Positions 40,128-53,324 of a DNA stretch of 64,000 nt are shown one piece after another. Position 1 is the first letter of the stretch; every line of letters begins with the position of its first letter. The notes below the pieces were generated by a model, which did no database searches, was not told the DNA's origin, and was given only the letters and a program-made list of their open reading frames with translations. The stretch covers positions 89,342,001 through 89,406,000 of the forward strand of contig OX597818.1 in NCBI GenBank assembly GCA_951406725.2, written 5' to 3'. Origin of the DNA: Octopus vulgaris. Lineage: Eukaryota. Both the position numbers and the translations under genes were made by a program.

Positions 40128-40556
40128 TATTTCTTTATTGCCCACAAGGGGATAAACATATAGAGGACAAACAAGAAAAGACAAACGGATTAAGTCGATT
40201 ACCAGTGCGTAACTGGTACTTTATTTATCGACCCCGAAAGGATGAAAGGCAAAGTCTACTTCGGCGGAATTTGAACTCAGAACGTAACGGCAGACGAAAT
40301 ACCGCTAAGCAGCTCGCCCGGCGTGCTAACGTTTCTGCCAGCTCGCCGCCTTTACTAGCCACAATGGGCTAAACACAGAGGGGACAAACAAGGACAGACA
40401 AAGGGATCAAGTCGATTACATCGACCCCAGTGCGTAACTGGTACTTAATTTATCGACCCCGAAAGGATAAAAGGCAAAGTCGACCTCGGCGGAATTTGAA
40501 CTCGGAACGTAACGACAGACGTAATACGGCTACGCATTTCGCCCGGCGTGCTAACG
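40128..40556 (-). mobile_element. Two tandem SINE family B copies
   Basis: GGCGGCGAGCTGGCAGAAACGTTAGCACGCCGGG head, B box, core and CCCTTGTGGG tail. Confidence 0.8.
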
Positions 40557-40571
40557 TATATATATATATAT

Positions 40572-40628
<57 letters not shown>

Positions 40629-40820
40629 GAGAGAGAGTGAGATACTTTCTTATAGGGTTGTGATAGACGGATTCGGTATTCTTAGTTGACGACATGTAAG
40701 AATGCCTTCTACGATCCGACGACATCATTCGCAGAAGAAAATACTTCTGCAAAAAAGTTCTTCTCAAGCCCGACTGTACACGAACGTGCTGAATATAGCT
40801 GCACACGATTTTATAATATA

Positions 40821-41326
40821 TTAGCAGTATCGCCCGGCGTTGCTCGGGTTTGTAAGGGAAATAACTATATAAGCATTTTTAGAGAGTTACTTCCCTTATA
40901 AATTCGGGCTTTCTTAGCCATTTTTGTTTTGGTGTCTTCAAGCCATGAAGTCGTTGTTCTAAAAGAACGCTGGTTTCCTTCACAACGCATTACGACGTTG
41001 ATTTCTTTACACTCCCTTCCCCACAGCTTCACGAGGGAGGGAAGGGGGAGAAGCAAACAGGTGCAGCTGTGAGCGTGGACGCCAACTCCGCCGCCATCGA
41101 CATACGATGCATTTTATGCATTAAAATGGAATAAAAAATGATGTTAAATTATTTTTAAAATCGTAGACTCATCGTAGACGCGCGCTAATAGTCAGACGGG
41201 CTCGATATGAATCACGACTATAAGATACCCGAATTTGGTTAAACTGCACCGCAAAATGTGGGAGGAGTTAGGAATCTAAATCGAAGGGGACAGACACTCA
41301 CACAACTAGAGTTTTATATATATAGA
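40821..41326 (-). mobile_element. Non-autonomous Helitron
   Basis: Minus strand 5' TC-TATATATA ... subterminal hairpin CCCGAGCAACGCCGGG, 3' CTAA (CTRR); inserted between A and T. Confidence 0.7.
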
Positions 41327-41823
41327 TTTATTCAACGTTTTTTCGCGCAGCTCTAGTAATTCTATTCCAGCTTGGCCGGGATTTACACACATCAGTAAAA
41401 AATTACTTACTCTTCTTACACATATAAAACTATCGATGTTATAGGGTTGTCAAAAACGAATTCAATATTCATAGGCGACGTCACGCGAGAACTCTGAAAC
41501 TCATGCATTCTACGATCCAATGATGTCAATCATATTCCAATGTGTTTTCACACATTTTGTTTGCTTGGGGTATTTTCTCACGGGTCTATTTCCGCAGCAA
41601 AAGGTTTTCTCACGTCCCATTGTACATGAACGTGTTAAATATTGGCTGTACTCGATTATACATTTACTCAATGCGCCTTCGTACGAAATATGTGTACATG
41701 TGCATGTGTACATGTATGAATGTTTATATTTATGTATGTGTGTGTGTGTGTTTTGTATATGTATGGATGTCTGTATGCATATGTATGTATCTATGAATAT
41801 GGGATGTGTGTGTGTGTGTGTTC

Positions 41824-41854
<31 letters not shown>

Positions 41855-41857
41855 TGT

Positions 41858-42150
41858 GGAGGCGAATAGCTCAGCGTCGGACTCACAATCATGAGATCGT
41901 AAGTTCGATTCCTGGACCGGGCTGAGTGTTGTGTTCATGAGCAAGGACTGTTTCGCGTTGCACCAGTTCACTCAGCTGTAGAAATGAGTTGCGACGTCAC
42001 TGATGCCAAGCTGTATCGGCCTTGGATAACATCAGTGTTGTGAAGAAAGGAGGCTAGTATGCATGGGCGACTGCTGGTCTTCCATGAACAATCCTGCCCG
42101 GATTTATACCTCAGAGGGTAACGTTCGTGATCGAAGTGAGTCTTTACCTA
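41858..42150 (+). mobile_element. tRNA-derived SINE family D
   Basis: AGTTCGATTCC B box, GTTGTGTTC.TGAGCAAG module; homologous to 48020-48360. Confidence 0.7.
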
Positions 42151-42267
42151 TATGAAGATCAAGCAACAAGAAAAAAAATGGCGGTCTTGAAGACGGATTG
42201 AACCATTTAGTTTAGAGATTAATTAAGTTACTTAATTAGCCTTTATACTGCAATTAAAACATGCATT

Positions 42268-42373
42268 AACTTGCTTACCAGCCTCATGGTTCCAGATTCA
42301 GTCACACTGTGTCTCAGGCAGACCAAAACCTTGTAAGTGGATTTGGTAGGCAGAAACTGAAAGATACGCGTCG

Positions 42374-42442
<69 letters not shown>

Positions 42443-42656
42443 GTATGTATATGTTTTTGTGTCTGTGTTTGTCCCTCCACCATCGCTTGACAACCAATGT
42501 TGGTGTATTTACGTACCCGTAACTTAGCGGTTCGACAAAAGAGACCAATAGAATAAGTATTAAGCTTACAAAGAATAAGTTTTGGGGGCGATTTGATTTC
42601 TTCGGCTAAAGGCGGTGCTCCAGCATGGTCGCAGTCAAATGACTGAAACAAATAAA
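42268..42656 (+). mobile_element. SINE family A
   Basis: Head, internal (TA)n and tail modules. Confidence 0.75.
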
Positions 42657-43897
42657 AAAAATACTGTAACATACTCGGAAATCCTAGGATCCCACAATTC
42701 CACTGCCGCTGTTGGATGTGTATTGTCTGCTACCTCTGTGCTTTTTAGCAGCATACAAGATGCCTTTTGAAGATGAATAGCTCACTATTATAGCTTTCTT
42801 ACAATATATCTATATTAAGTATGATATACTGATCGCTAGTCTGAACAAATATTGCGACTGTCGCTGATAGCAAATTTTTACCCAGCTATTTGCGATACCA
42901 GTGACTTATTAATCACTATTTTTCTCCATAGCACTTGAGATGAAATTTGTTTTAGCATGCGATTGATAGTGGATACTTGCTACCGATGAAGCGAGGGCAT
43001 GCAGAAATCCCGGAATGTAGCAATTCCACCGCCGCTGCTTGTGTGTCTGTGTATGCATATATGTATCTAGTAACATCTCTTTTCCTCCTCACTACAGTAT
43101 TTTCTTTAAATTTACCTTTTGTCATCCATACATTATATATTTGAAGATGATTTTTTTTTTTCATTTTGCATCGGAGTGTATATCGGAGTGGGAAAATTGA
43201 TGTAACCATGATATTTTGTCGATCTGAAGAGCTAGCCTTCTGTATCTGCACTGTTTGTATTAAGCTATTTATAGTATTCATAATAGTGCAGACATGTAAA
43301 ATAATTTATTATTCACTAAAATAATTATTTTTGCATGATGCGAAACGGCCGTCATCATATTCTTAATCTTTTATTCTTTTATTTGTTTCAGTCATTTAAC
43401 TGCGGCCATGCTGGATGCGTGTGTGCGTGTGTGTGTGTGTGGAGAATTAAGTTGAATAAACGGTTATATCAAAGTATATTACACGTCCGTACACGTGTAA
43501 TACACTTTGATATAACCAGTTTTAAAATTACAAATTCATGGAACTATACATATATTCCAAGCAATGTATCTCAAAAAGTTTACTTCTTTGCATGAGTCTT
43601 TTATCACCCTGGGGGGGGGGCATAAGGCCGAAACTTGACCCTATTTCCATGGCGAGTGATTGGCTGAGATTAAAAACACTCCCCTGTGTATGGGACACCG
43701 GTCCGTGGCAGAGCTATCTTTCCATATATTACTCAAAAGTATTTTACAAATAAGTGAAGACAAGAAGACAACGCACCGCACGGTCTTGAAATCGAAACCA
43801 GGAACGTAGGATTGAGAGCACAACGCCCTAACTACAACTCGTAAACTACAACCCTACTCCTTCAAAAAGTTTTTTTAAATATTTGTTTTTTTATATA

Positions 43898-45189
43898 CGA
43901 GGGGCGTTCAATAAGTAATGCCCCTGACCCACGTCCCATAGCAGTAGAGCAACAAAACTTGGCACAGTTATTAGTCTTTTTCTACATAGGAACCACCCAG
44001 AGTTATGCATTTCTCCCATTGTTTGATGCAGCTCTGGAGACCGTTTTTGTAGAAGACCCCAGCTTGGTCCTCCAACCACGACGTGACTTCAGAAATCAAG
44101 GCTGCATCATCTGGGAAACGCTTTCCTTTCAAAAACAACTTCATGGCTGGGAAGAGGTGAAAATCAGAGGGTGCAAGGTCAGGAGAGTAGGGAGATGGGA
44201 GAGGAGTTCAAAGCCGCACGCCTGTGCTTCTGATCTGGCGACACGCGAGTTGTGGACCGGAGCGTTGTCCTGCAAGAGGAGGATGCCTTTGCTGATCTTG
44301 CCCCGCCTCTTGATTTTGATAGCTTCTCTTAATTTCCTCAAAAGTGAAGCATAATAGGCTCCTGTAATTGTGGTACCCTTTGCCAGGAAATCTGTCATCA
44401 CTACTCCCTCCTGGTCCCAGAAGACTGTGAGCATGACCTTGCCAGCGGAGAGCTGCACCCTTGCCTTCTTTAGAGGAGGTGAGTCACGGTGCTTCCACTG
44501 CATTGACTAGGCTTTGGTCTCTGGATCATAGTGATGGACCCAGGTTTCATCTTGTGTAATCAGTCTTTTGAAAAAGTTTGACTCATCTTCTTGGCACATC
44601 TCCAAATTCGTCCTCGAGCATTCGACGCGTTCTTACTTCTGGAAAGGTGTGAGCAACCTGGGAATCCATCTGGCAGACACCTTTTGCATATGCAAATGGT
44701 CATGAATGATAGTTTCCACAGACCCGGTACTAATCTTGACCTCATGAGCTATTTGACGAATAGTTATGCGTCGATCTTCCAAAATGGCAGCCTCAACTTG
44801 ACGGACAGATGCCTCATCAATAGCAGAAGGGGGGCGACCAGATCTGGGAGCTGTTTCCACAGAGTTCCGACCATGTTTGAATTCACGATGCCAGCGTTTT
44901 ACAAGGTCATATGATGGGGCATCATCACCATAAGTTACTTTCATTTCATCAAAAGTCTCCCGTGGTGTGCGTCCTTTCAAATACAAAAACCGGATTACTG
45001 CTCGACACTTAACAAGCTCCATTTCACACTTGACTCGGTTCAAACACCTGTAAATCAGAAACCACAATTAGTTCAGAGCTGTAATTTACTACTTAATGTA
45101 TAGAAATATAAGTAATTGCACACGCAAAATTTCAGCTAGATCAAACAACTGCAAGTGGGTTAGAGGCATTATTTATTGAACGTCCCTCG
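43898..45189 (-). mobile_element. Full-length mariner element (1292 bp, TA target duplication)
   Basis: TIRs CGAGGGGCGTTCAATAAGTAATGCC / GGCATTATTTATTGAACGTCCCTCG flanked by TA. Confidence 0.95.
43971..45022 (-). pseudogene. mariner DD34D transposase with two nonsense codons and at least one frameshift
   Basis: PRSGRP, WIPRLL, ITQDETW, LQDNAPVH, frameshifted YSPDLAPSD, WEKCITLGGSYVEKD*; stops at 44633-44635 and 44507-44509. Confidence 0.9.
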
Positions 45190-45278
45190 TATAAGGGAAG
45201 TTATCTTTAACGTATTTATCAAACTGATAAATGATAAATACGATGAAATTTAAAGAAAAACCTGTTGGAAATAGCATT

Positions 45279-45399
<121 letters not shown>

Positions 45400-45411
45400 G
45401 TATTATGTATA

Positions 45412-45458
<47 letters not shown>

Positions 45459-45471
45459 ATATGTATGTATG

Positions 45472-45515
<44 letters not shown>

Positions 45516-45530
45516 ATATATATATCTGTA

Positions 45531-45563
<33 letters not shown>

Positions 45564-45568
45564 GTATG

Positions 45569-45622
<54 letters not shown>

Positions 45623-45641
45623 TATATATATATGCATATAT

Positions 45642-45684
<43 letters not shown>

Positions 45685-46010
45685 GATATATATATACATA
45701 CATATATATATTTGTGTATATATATATATGTATATATATGTATATATATATATGTATATATATGTATATATATATGTGTATATATATACATACATATAGA
45801 TATATAGATATATACATATAGATATATAGATATATACATATATATATATATATACTCACACACACATTCATATTTATACATATATATATATATACTCACA
45901 CACACATACATATTTATACATATATATATATATATACTCACACACACATACATACTTATACATACATATATATATATATATACAAACACATACATACACA
46001 CAAACACATT

Positions 46011-46045
<35 letters not shown>

Positions 46046-46827
46046 TCACATACACATGCACTCGCGCATATATATATATATATATATATATGCTTTGAAC
46101 CAGAGATTCACTAATGTGAATTATTAGATTTTATGAAATTTTGTACGCTATAAAGAAATTGCGTTTTGAATTGCCTGTTATATTTTTGTAAAATTACCAT
46201 GTTCCAGACCAACGGTTATAATTTGAGAACAAATATTACGATTCAAATGGCAAGTTTAGAAAAAAAATTAAGTAGTGAAGTGGAATATACTGGAATAGTT
46301 TTATGCTGTTTTATAGTTATTTTAAAATCGTGCTAAGATTTCTAATTTTAATAAGAGAATGTATATTTGAGTTTAGTTTAAATGTACAAAATCAGCCGAA
46401 GGTTAAGCTTAGAATTAAGTAAGGAAAATATGCAGGCAATATTTAACTTAGAGGTTTGTATTTGTAGCTGTGAAGATTTAGTAATATGTGGAAGAGGCTA
46501 TTAATAAGTAAGGGAAAATGTGATATAAAAGACGAAAGAATTGTTTTAAAAATGAAAATAGTTGCGTTAAATAATGTGTAGAGAAATGAATGTTATGGTG
46601 TGACGCCATAAATTCTGATAAAGGGTAACAAGTGTTATGCTTATGAAATAACGGGTTTAAGGAAAAGATTTTTAAGTGAAAACGTTGAGTACGAAAGACA
46701 ACATTAAGAATATGAGATAGAGAAATTTAAATAAATACAGTGCTACACAGAAATATGGGAATAGATTTATGGTGAAGTGAAAGGAAATAAAGATTAGTAA
46801 TTCGTTCTAATTTTGGCAAAGGATAAA

Positions 46828-47335
46828 GCGGCGATCTTAACACACCGGGCAAAATGTTGAGTGGTATTTCGTCTGTCTTTTACGTTCTGAGTTCAAATTC
46901 CGCCGATGTCGACTTTGCCTTTCATCCTTTCGGGGTCGATTAAATAAGTACCAGTTACAGACTGGTGTCGATATAATCGACTTAATCCGTTTGTCTGTCC
47001 TTGTTCGTCCCCTCTGTGTTTAGCCCCTTGTGGGTAGTAAAGAAATAGGTATTTCGTCTGCCGATTACGTTCTGAGCTCAAATTCTGCCGATGTCGACTT
47101 TGCCTTTCATCCTTTCGGGGTCGATTAAATAAGTACCAGCTACGCACTGGGGTCGATATAATCGACTTAATCCGTTTGTCTCTCCTTGTTCGTCCCCTCT
47201 GTGTTTAGCCCCTTGTGGGTAGTAAAGAAATAGGTATTTCGTCTGCCGTTACGTTCTGAGTTCAAATTCTGCCAAGGTCGATAAAATAAGTACCAGCTAA
47301 GCAACTATGGTCGATATAATCGACTTACCCGCTCC
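46828..47335 (+). mobile_element. SINE family B head-to-tail multimer (~184-bp period)
   Basis: Units restart at GGTATTTCGTCTG directly after TAAAGAAATA. Confidence 0.85.
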
Positions 47336-47665
47336 CGCGCAGCTGCTGACCTCGTACCAAAACGTGAAACCAATTATGGTTAAAGGCCTGGAATTTTTCG
47401 GGAAGGAGCCAGCCGATTACATCGGCTCAAGTGGTACTTATTTTATCAACCCCAAAAGGATTAAAAGCAAAGTCGACCCCGGTGCAATTTTAAAACAGAG
47501 CGTAAAGAATCGATAGAAATGCTGTTAGTTATTTTAGTCGAGGGCGTTAACGATTCTTCCAGTTCGCTGCCTTAATATAGAACAGTAGTTCCCAACCTTT
47601 TCACAGTGGTTCCCAACCCCTTTATTTAAATGAGTTTTCGCACGGACCCCTTTTAATATGCTTAT

Positions 47666-47727
<62 letters not shown>

Positions 47728-47754
47728 CAAAATAAGCAACAAGAATGACTCCGG

Positions 47755-47847
47755 TAATTTGTTACGATCGTTTCGTACTACATCATTTTATTAAATGTTG
47801 TAAGTATTACAACAGTTTTAAAATGCTGAGCACTCATCAGCCAATTA
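47755..47847 (-). ncRNA. Type I hammerhead with long AT-rich stem II
   Basis: TAATTGG-CTGATGA-GTGCT...CATTTTA..TGTTGTAA tac TTACAACA..TAAAATG...AGTAC-GAAA-CGATCGTA-ACAAATTA; stem I imperfect. Confidence 0.7.
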
Positions 47848-47967
47848 TAGAGGTTTTCCATTAATACAAAAATTTTCATATCAAGTGGCAACGTTATAGA
47901 GAAGGTAGATATATAGACAAAGATGTGGATTTAAATTTTAAGAACATTTGAGGTTAGTGGAGCCCAT

Positions 47968-48019
<52 letters not shown>

Positions 48020-48356
48020 TGAGACCCCCATCGGTCATGACTGACCATGAGATTGCACCTAGAAAGTTACCCTCCCAGGCACAAGTCCGGGCAAGGTTGT
48101 GTTTATGGAAGACCAGCAGTCGCCCGTGTATACCGGCCTCCCCTCTCGACGCCACCAATGTTATCCAAGGGAAAGGCAAAGGGGCCGATACAGCTTGGCA
48201 CCTGTGACGTCGCAACGCATTTCTACAACTGAGTTAACTGGAGCAAGTGAAATAAAGTGTCTTGCTCAAGAACACAACACGCAGCCTGGTCCGGGATTTC
48301 GAACTCACAACCTCACGATCGTAAGCTCGATGCTCTAACCACTGAACCATGCGCCT

Positions 48357-48360
<4 letters not shown>
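48020..48360 (-). mobile_element. SINE family D, full length (inverted 3' fragment at ~48497-48606)
   Basis: GAAGGCGCATGGTTCAGTGGTTAGAGC...GAGTTCGAAATCC head. Confidence 0.8.
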
Positions 48361-48423
<63 letters not shown>

Positions 48424-48459
48424 TTGCACACACACACACACACACTCACACACACACAA

Positions 48460-48492
<33 letters not shown>

Positions 48493-48847
48493 CTGTGGAG
48501 AGGGGAAGCTGGTATGCATGGGCGACTGCTAGTCTTCCATAAACAACCTTGCTCGGCGGGTAACTTTCTAGGTGCAATCCCATGATCATTCATGACCGAA
48601 GGGGGTCACCCACTGTATATATGAAATTTTGAAGTTAGTTCACGGAGCCGCAGTACTACCTTTGCGAACTACCAGGGCTCCGCGGACCCCAGGTTGGGAA
48701 CCGCTGATATAGACAAATGATTATCTTGTAAAAGAATCATCAAATATAAAATAAGTATTTTTAAAAATGGTATACATTAGATGAATTAGCAGAATGGTCC
48801 GTTACATCGTCTGTCAAAATGCATAGCGGCAAGTATCCCTGCTTTCG

Positions 48848-49196
48848 CTTTACTCTTTTAATCTTTTACTTGTTTCAGTCATTTGACTGTGGCCATACTG
48901 GAGCACCGCCTTTAGTCGATCGAGCAAATCGACCCCAGAACTTATTCTTTGTAAGCTTAGTACTTATTCTATCAGTCTCCTTTGCCGAACCGCTAAGTTA
49001 CGCGGACGTAAACACACCACTATCGGTTGTCAAGCGATGTTGGGGTGGACAAACACAGACACACAAACATATACGCACATGTATATACATATATACGACA
49101 GGCTTCTTTCAGTTTCCGTCTACCAAATCCGCTCACAAGGCTTTGGTCAGCCAAAGTCTATAGTAGAAGACACTTGCCCAAGGTGCCACGCTGTGG
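48848..49196 (-). mobile_element. SINE family A, 5'-truncated, inserted in a SINE B remnant
   Basis: Tail and partial head modules. Confidence 0.75.
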
Positions 49197-49603
49197 GTAC
49201 GTTCTGAATTCAAAATCTGCAGATGTTAACTTTTTCTTTAATCCCTCTGAGGTTGTTAAAATAAAGTGCCAATCAAGTCATGCGATCGATAATATCGATT
49301 AAACTCTTATCTATAAAATAGCTGGTATTGGACCAAAATTTGAAACTATCTTGAGTCAGCGAAGATGACGAGTTGGCAGACTCGCCAAGTACCGGACAAA
49401 CTGCCCTGTGTGGTTTCTTCCGGTACTTGACGCTCTGTGTTCAAATCCAGCAAAGATCAACTTTTTCTGTCATCCCTCCCGGATCGATAATATAAAGTAC
49501 CAGTCAAATACTATAACATCGACTAACCTCCTACAATCAAAATTTCTGGTCTTGAACCTAAATCAGAGACCATTAGTTTAGCCATTTTTTTTTTCAGCAA
49601 CAC

Positions 49604-49908
49604 CGAAGGCGCGTGGTTTAGTGGTTAGGGTATTCTGCTCGCTATCGTAAGACCGTGAGTTCGATTCCCCGGCGGCGCTTTATTTTTGACGTTCCTTCTG
49701 TCCATTCAGCTAGCAAAAACGAGTAGTACTTGTATTTGAAAGGACCAGCCTTGTCGCATTCAGTGTCACACAGAATCTCCATGAGAACTATATTAAAGGT
49801 ATGCGTGTCTGTGGAGTGCTCGGCCACTTGCACGTTAATTTCACGAGCAGGCCGTTTCGTTGATCGGATTAACTGGAACACTCGTCGTCGTAACCAACGG
49901 AGTACCAT
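49604..49908 (+). mobile_element. tRNA-derived SINE (D-related head, different body)
   Basis: GAAGGCGCGTGGTTTAGTGGTTAGGG...GAGTTCGATTCCC. Confidence 0.6.
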
Positions 49909-50399
49909 TTAGTTATTCTGCAACACTGTTCACGCTGAGGTTATATATTGGTGATTCAAATTCATAGCAGCCAATTAAGTTAAGTTATTGCCTCAGGGCG
50001 TAAACATCATCTCCATTATCAGAGGCTAGAGTGTTTGGCACACCAAATCATGAGAATATTTCAATTAACGTGTAATTTTCTGTCGCAGCACTCCCATCAG
50101 AACAATGGAAGGTTTCAAATCAAGAAGAAAATTAGTTAATAATTATCAGAATATTTCCAATATCTTTTTCGTATTCCCAATCAATATGAGTTCTTCTCCG
50201 AAGTTGCAATTTGGTGTTGCCTGAAAATCGAAATTGTTGATATTCTGAACAAAATTTTAGATAATCGTCCACTGAACACGATCAACCAGGTTACCATATA
50301 CAATTTTTCACTGTTTACTGAGAGTTCATATGAATGTTATGTATTTTCTCAAGAATATTCGCTCTGAATAGTTCTGGAGAGAATTATCTTTTTTTATAC

Positions 50400-50839
50400 T
50401 CTTTTTTACTCTTTTACATATTTCAGTCATTTGCTTGTGGCCATGCTGAAGCACCACTTTAGTCGAGCAAATCGACCCCAGGACTTATTCTTTGTAAGCC
50501 TAGTACTTTTTCTATCGGTCTCTTTTCCCGAACCGCTAAGTTACGGGGACGTAAACACACCAGCATCGGTTGTCAAGCGATGTTGGTGGGGGGGGGACAA
50601 TCACAGACACACAAACGTATACACACACACACATATATTTATATATCTATATATATATATATATATACATATATACGACGGGCTTCTTTCAGTTTCCGTC
50701 TACCAAATTCACTCACAAGGCTATGGTAGGCCCGAGGCTATAGTAGAAGACACTTACCCAAGGTGCTATGCAGTGGGACTGAACCCGGAACCATGTGGTT
50801 CTTAAGCAAGCTACTTACCACACAGCCACTCCTACACCT
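50400..50839 (-). mobile_element. SINE family A, full length
   Basis: GGAGTGGCTGTGTGGTAAG A box, GGTTCAGTCCC B box, internal microsatellite, CR1/L2-like tail. Confidence 0.85.
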
Positions 50840-51202
50840 ATGATAGATCAAATTATTTTTCAATTTTGAATTTGTTTGGCTAAAATGTTTAACTGAAACG
50901 TGGCTGCAACCAACATTGATATATTTGGCAGATTCACAACTAATTAAGCCTATAAACACACTCACCGGTTGTTACTAGTCTATATTTCACCTCTCTTTCT
51001 TTTCCCAAAACAGTTTGTCTATGTCTATGTCCTGAAAAATATTTTTCCGCAACCCTAAGTATTTTGAAGGGACATTTACATGCATCAAGTGTTTAAGACG
51101 AAGAAGGAAAAGTAAAATATAGACAAGAACAGCGGGTAAGTTTCTTTAGAGGATTTATCAATCATGACTAAGAAATATTCAATACTAAGAAATATTCTTT
51201 AA

Positions 51203-52364
51203 CTAGCAGCATAGCCCGGCGTTGCCCGGGTATGTAAGAGCCCTAGTAGGCAACGACTAATCCCAATCTAGTCCTTTCCCTCTGGGGAACGAAGGCGCAT
51301 GTGTAGGTTGCAATGTCTTCTCTTCACTCCCAAATAACTATCAAACAGCTATCGATAATTCAACCCAACCAATTCCTACCAGGAAGAAATTACATTCAAG
51401 ACTTTACCCCCAACACCGCCACTTCTGCTAATAGCTGCTGCAGCCGCAAGTTATTCGAATACTTTTTTTGTTTAAACTTTCTTTATAACTACCACCCCAA
51501 AGGTTTTACCTTAAATTTTTGACGTACCCTAAGGGTCCTCGGACGCTACTTGCAAACTCTTGGTTTATTATAAACCGCTTTTGTCGTGTGCACCAAAAAC
51601 CTTTTCCATTCGTTTGTTCAGTTTGGTCACTTTTGACTTTTTCGTTGTGTCACTTACATTGCTGCCCGCTTTTTTGCCGTTTTTGTACATTTTTATACAT
51701 TTTGGGATACTTACCCCACGTGTTCCGTGAGTTAAAAAGGTCGAGTTGCGTCCCCTAGACAGTCTGTGATTTGTGTTTAATAAACAAATCGGTTTGCTAT
51801 GTGTGCCACATATGATTTAATTAACCGATTTTTTTCCAGTAATAAAGTATCCTATTGGAATTTAAAGGGCCATATAGCTCCTTGGAGCAGACATAATGCT
51901 CGCTGTGAAATTAAAAAAAAATTCCTGCCAATTTGTGAAAGATATTGTCGAAAATATGTCATCTTGAATTTGAACGCGATTTCCCAAAATGGCATGATTT
52001 TATCGATTTTGTTCTGATGGTAAGGTATTGCATGGAAAACTAATGTCAGAATTGAGTTTTTTAGGGTAACATTAAGCTTCAACATCAGTTTGGTGAAAAT
52101 CGATGGCAAGTTGCGAAAACTACAACAGAAAATGTGTTGCATATAAAAAGCTTAGATTCTCGACCCCATGTCGAATTTATCGATCTTTTCAGAACTGGGG
52201 GAACTTTTCAAAATTTTCGCTGCGTTAGTTTTGAATTATGACATTGGGCTATGTGTGTGTCAAGTTTCATCAGAATCGGTTGAAAGCCGTGGTCAGGGTG
52301 AGGGTACAACCTGACAGACACACAGACACACAGACAGACAAACTGCCGTTTATATAGAGAGAGA
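51203..52364 (-). mobile_element. Non-autonomous Helitron
   Basis: 5' TC, (GTCT/GTGT)n near the 5' end, subterminal hairpin CCCGGGCAACGCCGGG and 3' CTAG; A|T insertion site. Confidence 0.75.
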
Positions 52365-52439
52365 TGGCGATAACTCGTTTCTAAGTTAATTAAATAGATC
52401 CAGTTAATTTTTAGAAGTCGTTATCTTTTATCTTTTTTT

Positions 52440-52827
52440 ATGTTTATTCACTTGTTTTAGTCATTAGACTGCGTCCATGTTGAGGCACTGGCTTGAAGAA
52501 TTTTCAGTCGAATGATTCTACTCCAGTAGTTTTTCTTTCTTTCTTTTTTTAAGCCCGATACTTATTCTAACGGTTCCTTTTGCTGAACCGCCAAGTAAAC
52601 ACACCAACACCAATTGTTGGTGGTGGGGGACAAACACAGACACAAAGACACATAAATATATATTCATATACGGCGGGCTTCTTTATGTTTCCGTCTAGCA
52701 AATCCACTCACAAGGCTTTGGCCGGCCCGAGGCTAAAGCAGAAGACATTTGCCCAAGGTACCACGCTGTGGGATTGAACCCGTAATCATGTGGTCGGGAA
52801 GCAAATTTCTTACCACACAGCCACGCC
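52440..52827 (-). mobile_element. SINE family A, diverged
   Basis: Head and tail modules recognisable. Confidence 0.7.
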
Positions 52828-53324
52828 TTTACCTTTGTTCAATGTTGCTCTCTAACTATTTTTCTTGGATCTTCAGATTCCAAACGCCGGTTTCCATGGC
52901 GTATGACCTAGATTACAAAATTCCCTCTTAATCCGTTGGTCCGTTACAGGATTCCAGGACAGCAATTTTAATGGGAGGGGCAAATTTTAATGGGTTTACC
53001 ACTTGGTTGGTACTTTATTTTATCGACCCTGAAAGAATGAAGGACAGAGTTGACCTCGGCGAGATTTGCACTCAGAACGTAGAGAGCCGGAAGAAATGCC
53101 ACTTAACATTTTGTCCGATGTGCTTATTTAATTTAATCAAGTTTATCGTGTTTGTGTTTAGATGTTCATACGGGAATTACTCAGTGTAACAATGTTTTTC
53201 TTCTTTAGTCTGTATGTGTTATTTCCTGTTAGATTCTATCTAGAAATCAAAGGAAATGACTACTATTCCCTTCAAACTTTGCTTTTGTGACCAGACGATG
53301 ATGATGATGATGATGATGATGAAA

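Larger units (their letters stand above)
47583..48706. mobile_element. hAT (Charlie-like) MITE expanded by nested insertions
   Basis: TIRs CAGTAGTTCCCAACC / GGTTGGGAACCGCTG; 8-bp TSD ATATAGAA / ATATAGAC. Confidence 0.75.
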
